Of a DNA stretch of 64,000 nucleotides, positions 59,904-64,000 are shown piece after piece. The stretch's first letter is position 1. Each line of letters starts with the position of its first letter. Below the pieces are notes generated by a model, which worked only from the letters and a program-made list of their open reading frames with translations, ran no database searches and was not told where the DNA came from. Source of the DNA: Verrucomicrobiota bacterium (GTDB lineage: Bacteria; Verrucomicrobiota; Verrucomicrobiia; Opitutales; Cerasicoccaceae); contig JBCBUK010000013.1 of the NCBI GenBank assembly GCA_039818205.1, positions 32,001 to 96,000 of the forward strand. The letters run 5' to 3'. The translations under genes and the position numbers were made by a program.

Positions 59904-59927
59904 CCAACCTGACCCTCGTCAGGTTGG
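59904..59927. repeat. perfect 10-bp inverted repeat between convergent genes
   Basis: CCAACCTGAC-CCTC-GTCAGGTTGG. Confidence 0.8.
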
Positions 59928-59955
59928 CTTGGGCCAATGGAGACTGTTGGCGGGC

Positions 59956-60261
59956 TTATCCCCACTGGGAAGTAATCGCGTTCCAGTCGCATTTTTCGAA
60001 GTCGGCTGGAACGGCGCAGGGCTGGAAGTCGACATCGGCGCCGAACTTAATGAAGAAGGGTTCACAGATGGTCGGAATCTGTGCGGCTTCTTGGAGATCT
60101 ACTATCAAAGTCATCGTGCGGAGGCCGTCGACGCAATGAAAGTAGACCGCTTCGGGTTTGGTGTTTTCGATCACGGCTTTCATCGTGGCCTCGGCGGTGC
60201 CAGCCTTGATGAGTTCGTTGAAGGCATCGTGGTCCAGCTTTGCGGTAAGGATCATTCTCAT
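59956..60261 (-). CDS. small hypothetical protein
   Basis: KPEAVYF...GLRT...IPTICEPFF...GADVDFQP pattern. Confidence 0.75.
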   Translation of the reverse strand: MRMILTAKLDHDAFNELIKAGTAEATMKAVIENTKPEAVYFHCVDGLRTMTLIVDLQEAAQIPTICEPFFIKFGADVDFQPCAVPADFEKCDWNAITSQWG

Positions 60262-60398
60262 GGGTATCGAGCAGTATGGGATTGTTGATTTGTGCGACTT
60301 GCACCTAACAATTCATAGATTTTTGCTTGGGAATCGTCGATCCAAAAACCGGCTTGGAGTTGCCAGCACGGGATTCTCTACTCAATAGTTTCGGGAGA

Positions 60399-60854
60399 AT
60401 GATTCCGAAGAAAGATCAGCCGTGGTTTGAGTTCCATGTCGTCCAGCCCAATGGAGACGAGTGGGTGGAGTCGCTGCCGTCGGAAACCGTGGGGGAGGCG
60501 ATGTCAAAGATGCGACGCGTTTATCCCGATGCCCGGTTGACCATAAAGCGTCACTATAAGAAAAGCGGGGATACTGCCGCTGGTGGGGGAACCCGTGGTT
60601 TCGGCCAGCGGACTCAACGCTCGAGCCCGCCGCCTAAAAAAGCGCCGACTAAGCGTCAGGATTTTCGAACGGTGTTTGGTCTGGATGAGAGCGCAGATTT
60701 TTCCGCAGTCAAGAAGGCCTACCTGCAACAGATTAAGCGTTACCACCCGGACCGCGTAGCGGACATGGGGCCAGAGCTAGTGGAACTTGCCGAGAAGAAA
60801 ACCCGGGAGTTCAATGCGGCGTTTCAAGAAGCCCGTAAGCACTTCGGCCAGTAA
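60399..60854 (+). CDS. J-domain-containing protein
   Basis: C-terminal VKKAY...RYHPDRV...FNAAF. Confidence 0.85.
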   Translation: MIPKKDQPWFEFHVVQPNGDEWVESLPSETVGEAMSKMRRVYPDARLTIKRHYKKSGDTAAGGGTRGFGQRTQRSSPPPKKAPTKRQDFRTVFGLDESADFSAVKKAYLQQIKRYHPDRVADMGPELVELAEKKTREFNAAFQEARKHFGQ

Positions 60855-60860
60855 CCCCCC

Positions 60861-60964
60861 CCAACCTGCGGTTGGATCCGTTTGGGCACTCGCCAACCTG
60901 CGGTTGGATCCATTTGGGCACTCGCATTGCTCGAACACGCGGCGGTTGACCTGCGGTTGGATCC
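60861..60964. repeat. 32-bp tandem repeat (two copies plus a partial third) with palindromic core
   Basis: CCAACCTGCGGTTGGATCC(G/A)TTTGGGCACTCG at 60861 and 60893; ACCTGCGGTTGGATCC at 60949. Confidence 0.9.
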
Positions 60965-61095
60965 GGTTATGCGGCATTGGCGCATTGCCAGAATAACGGA
61001 AAACGTTGGGTTCGTGGTTCGCGGGTTCAAAATTGGATCCATCGGCCCGTTGGTTGGGGCTTGACCCGTCGGCGCTAGCTAAGAGGATTCGGGCC

Positions 61096-61713
61096 ATGCA
61101 ATTGGTTTGCCTGGACCTTGAAGGAGTGCTGATCCCAGAAATCTGGAAGGCTGTCGCCGAGCGTACCGGGGTGGAAGGCCTCCTACGTACCACGCGTGAT
61201 GAGCCCGATTACGACGTCCTGATGAACTACCGGCTCGAGCTGTTGGCCAAGCATGATATCCGTCTACCCTTGATCCAGGAGGTCATCGGGGGGTTGACGC
61301 CTCTGCCCGGAGCACAGGAATTTACTTCGTGGCTGACTAGCCAAACCCGTCTGATCATTCTTTCGGACACATTTGCTCAATTTGCCCAGCCACTCATGGC
61401 TCAGCTTGGCTATCCGACGATGTTTTGCCATGAGCTCGTGATCGATCCCGAAGGCCGCGTGACCGGTTACCAGCTGCGTCAGGATGACCAAAAGCAAAAA
61501 GCCGTTCGCGCTCTCCAGTCTTTGAATTTCGAGATCATCGCTGCGGGCGATTCCTACAATGACCTGACGATGTTGCGCTCCGCTAACCGCGGGATTCTAT
61601 TTCGTCCATCGGATCAATTTGCCGCCGAGAACAGTGACCTGCCAGTGTGCACGGAACATGCTCAGTTGAAGTCCCTGCTCGAGGAATATTTTGCAAAACC
61701 GTTGTCTCTTTAA
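61096..61713 (+). CDS. thrH: bifunctional phosphoserine phosphatase/homoserine phosphotransferase
   Basis: CLDLEGVLIPEIW, TTRDEPDYD, LSDTF, AAGDSYND. Confidence 0.95.
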   Translation: MQLVCLDLEGVLIPEIWKAVAERTGVEGLLRTTRDEPDYDVLMNYRLELLAKHDIRLPLIQEVIGGLTPLPGAQEFTSWLTSQTRLIILSDTFAQFAQPLMAQLGYPTMFCHELVIDPEGRVTGYQLRQDDQKQKAVRALQSLNFEIIAAGDSYNDLTMLRSANRGILFRPSDQFAAENSDLPVCTEHAQLKSLLEEYFAKPLSL

Positions 61714-61761
61714 TCGGCCCGGGCGGTAATTCTAACCATCTACCAATACCAAAAATATACT

Positions 61762-62136
61762 ATGTCGAACGTACCTGCTGACCTGAAATACACCGAAGAA
61801 CACGAATGGCTGCGCAGCGAAGCCGATGGTGGCGCCATAATCGGAATTACCGATCATGCGCAGACCTCGCTGGGCGATATCACGTTTGTGGAGCTTCCTA
61901 GTGTCGGTGATCAGGTGGCCAAGGGCGATACGTTCGGCACAGTCGAATCGGTTAAGGCCGCCAGCGACCTCTACGCGCCGATCTCGGGCGAAGTGGTTGC
62001 CGTGAACGATGGCTTGGAAGATTCACCTGAGATCGTCAACAACGATCCCTATGGCGAAGGGTGGATGATCAAGATCAAGCCCGAAGGCGAAATCGACGGC
62101 CTGCTCGACGCTGCGGCCTACGAGGCTATCTTGTAA
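61762..62136 (+). CDS. gcvH: glycine cleavage system H protein
   Basis: [23 protein letters not shown] (lipoyl Lys), DPYGEGW. Confidence 0.97.
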   Translation: MSNVPADLKYTEEHEWLRSEADGGAIIGITDHAQTSLGDITFVELPSVGDQVAKGDTFGTVESVKAASDLYAPISGEVVAVNDGLEDSPEIVNNDPYGEGWMIKIKPEGEIDGLLDAAAYEAIL

Positions 62137-62163
62137 ACTGCATCGATTGGCTCTCTCTGGCGT

Positions 62164-62613
62164 ATGATCGATCTAAGGGAGAAGCTCGCTGACACGCTTC
62201 CGCATTTAGAAGCATGTTTGGTCAGTTGTCGTGACAAGGGAATTGGGGTGCTTTTTTATCATACGCATCCCAACTATGGGCAGAGCCATCTTTATTTAAT
62301 GGCTGATTCGACTCTGGATGAAGACGATATCATTGGGGAGCCGATCGACGACGTGATCGATTATGCGGGTTGGGATGACGCTACCTCCTGGTGGGAGGGA
62401 GAAGACAATACTGGCAAGGTTGATTTGGTTTTGCTTAACGGTGACCACTCTTTCGCCGAGACGAACGATGAGTTTAATGAGATTTGGGCGCTGCAGGTTG
62501 CTCAGCTGATTCGCGAGTCTATTTCTTTGGTCGATCGGACTCTATTGCCGAAGCGAATCGTTGTTTCTGGCGAGTGCGGTGAAGGCCACAGCGAGTGGCT
62601 CGTTGCGGACTAG
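62164..62613 (+). CDS. acidic hypothetical protein
   Basis: 149-aa Asp/Glu-rich ORF; no recognisable motif. Confidence 0.6.
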   Translation: MIDLREKLADTLPHLEACLVSCRDKGIGVLFYHTHPNYGQSHLYLMADSTLDEDDIIGEPIDDVIDYAGWDDATSWWEGEDNTGKVDLVLLNGDHSFAETNDEFNEIWALQVAQLIRESISLVDRTLLPKRIVVSGECGEGHSEWLVAD

Positions 62614-62665
62614 CTTGCGGGGCTTGCTCGGCCTTGCTTTGCCAGACTGGGTTCAGTGGCACGCT

Positions 62666-62695
62666 AAAAAAGCCCTGGCTGTTGGGCCAGGGCTT
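62666..62695 (-). terminator. rho-independent terminator of the phosphorylase-like gene
   Basis: AAAAAAGCCCTGGC-TGTTGG-GCCAGGGCTT. Confidence 0.8.
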
Positions 62696-62723
62696 GGAAA
62701 GTGAATTTTCGTGGTGAGTCGCT

Positions 62724-64000
62724 TTAGGCGACGCGCTCGACGATGAGTTCCGGCGGATTTGGACGCTTTGGCGCGAGGCGATAAGCGTTGCGCAGGTATT
62801 CCAGTGCTGAATCCAGCTTGGACTCGTCGTTGTAGTGAATCATCATGAGCGGCTCACCCTGTTTAACCTGGGTGCCCACCTTTTTGATTTCCGAAACGCC
62901 AACGGCTGGATCGTATTTGCCGTTCTTGCGCTGGGCCAGGATCTGAACGCCGCGCGCAATTTGGCCGGCATTGATCGTGTGAACGTAGCCGCGCTTTGGA
63001 GCGGGAAGCTTACGCACATACTTGGCCTTGGGCATTTTTTCTGGATCGTCGATGAAGGAGGCATCGCCACCTTGAGCTTCGATCATTTCACGGAACTTCT
63101 CAAGTGCCGAACCGTCTTTCAGGTGCTTCTGAACGGTTTGTTTCGCCGAAAGCGTAGAACCAGCGACGCCAGCGAGGCGGACGATCTCCATGCCGAGCTT
63201 CAGAACGAGCTCCTGGAGGTCTTCCGGACCTTCTCCCTTGAGCAGCTGAACGGCTTCAGCGAGCTCGAGGCCGGTGCCGACGGTGTCACCCAGTGGCTGA
63301 TTCATGTCGGTCACCAGCGCGACACAACGGCGCTTCATGCTGCGGCCGACGCGGGTAATGCTTCGGGCGAGCTGTTTGGCCTGCTCGACATCCTTGATGT
63401 AGGAGCCATTGCCCCACTTGACGTCAACCACGAGGCCTTCGGCACCTTCGGACAGCTTCTTGGAGAGAACGCTGCCAGTGATGAGCGGGAGACTTGGAAT
63501 GGTCGCCGTGCTCTGGCGGAGCTCATACAAAATGCCGTCGACTGGAGCGATCTCTGGATGCTGGGCAACAATCGAGCAACCGACGGTGTCGAGCTGCTTG
63601 ATGAATTCCTTCAGGTCCATGTCAGCCTTGAATTTGCTGATGGCCGAAAGTTTATCCAAGTTGCTGATGACAAAGTTTTCATCCACTCCATTCATGGCTG
63701 GCATGATGACGCCGCAGGCTGCCGCGAGCGGAGCCAGGACGAGTGTGGTCTTGTCGCCAACACCACCGGTGGAATATTTGGCAATTTTGGGCCGCGTTAA
63801 TTTTGATAGATCGATGACCTCTCCCGAGAGCATCATCTCTTCGGCAAATACGGCAGTCTCCTGGGCCGACATGCCCTGGAAATAGATTGCCATTGCGAGT
63901 GCGGCCATTTGAAATTCCGGCATTTCCTTGTCGAGGATTGAGTCGACAATGAAGCGGATTTCCTCATCCGTGAATTCGCCTCCGTCGCGTTTCTTCTCAA
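62724..64000 (-). CDS. thymidine/pyrimidine-nucleoside phosphorylase family protein with divergent active site (5' end outside the window)
   Basis: Frame continues upstream as EKKRDGGEFTDEEIRF; STGGVGDK, SKK, DVKWGNG, TDMNQPLG. Confidence 0.88.
   Translation of the reverse strand, partial: EKKRDGGEFTDEEIRFIVDSILDKEMPEFQMAALAMAIYFQGMSAQETAVFAEEMMLSGEVIDLSKLTRPKIAKYSTGGVGDKTTLVLAPLAAACGVIMPAMNGVDENFVISNLDKLSAISKFKADMDLKEFIKQLDTVGCSIVAQHPEIAPVDGILYELRQSTATIPSLPLITGSVLSKKLSEGAEGLVVDVKWGNGSYIKDVEQAKQLARSITRVGRSMKRRCVALVTDMNQPLGDTVGTGLELAEAVQLLKGEGPEDLQELVLKLGMEIVRLAGVAGSTLSAKQTVQKHLKDGSALEKFREMIEAQGGDASFIDDPEKMPKAKYVRKLPAPKRGYVHTINAGQIARGVQILAQRKNGKYDPAVGVSEIKKVGTQVKQGEPLMMIHYNDESKLDSALEYLRNAYRLAPKRPNPPELIVERVA

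Noticed and set aside
60861..60964. CRISPR array
   Set aside because: The units are directly tandem with near-identical intervening sequence and no unique spacers.
62835..63800. Long antisense ORFs (also 9031-9792, 33472-34152, 34088-34786, 35237-36133, 39287-40012, 46273-47058 and similar)
   Set aside because: Shadow frames opposite well-supported genes, expected from codon bias at this GC content; no motifs.
1..64000. tRNA, rRNA, IS elements, prophage or defence islands
   Set aside because: No cloverleaf/rRNA signatures, transposases, integrases or phage genes recognised by eye; a dedicated scan was not possible.

Overview
A 64-kb, moderately GC-rich stretch of bacterial core chromosome. 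The PEP-CTERM protein, signal-peptide FecR-like protein and general gene repertoire suggest Verrucomicrobiota (probably Opitutia); this is inference. It is densely coding, with about 60 CDS: trkA (partial), argH, gadB, gpgS, rimK, ppgK, dnaE, aguA/aguB, lpxB, efp, menB, glnS, msrB, a LolCDE/MacAB-like ABC-MFP-TolC cassette, rsmE, pyrC, purM, gcvT, gcvH, thrH, an ActP-like symporter and a divergent nucleoside phosphorylase (partial). I found no rRNA, tRNA, CRISPR array, transposase or prophage. The best candidates for new biology are: (1) a divergent locus at 11.1-18.0 kb that pairs an M20 pseudo-peptidase/GpgS/GT4 glucosylglycerate operon, preceded by a sigma54-like motif, with a RimB-like protease/RimK-RCK_C fusion/carboxypeptidase glutamate-ligase cassette; (2) an unannotated MgtL-like Pro-rich leader ORF coupled to a CNNM/CorB Mg2+ transporter gene; (3) a dispersed CCAAC...GTTGG hairpin repeat family with a compensatory base-pair swap; (4) an EF-P with an Arg32 QGRQ tip; (5) a PagP-like beta-barrel; (6) several full-length proteins with degenerate catalytic motifs; (7) a secreted four-repeat protein and a 47-aa secreted CPC peptide. 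All product calls are by-eye motif recognition, no database searches were run, and start codons are best guesses.
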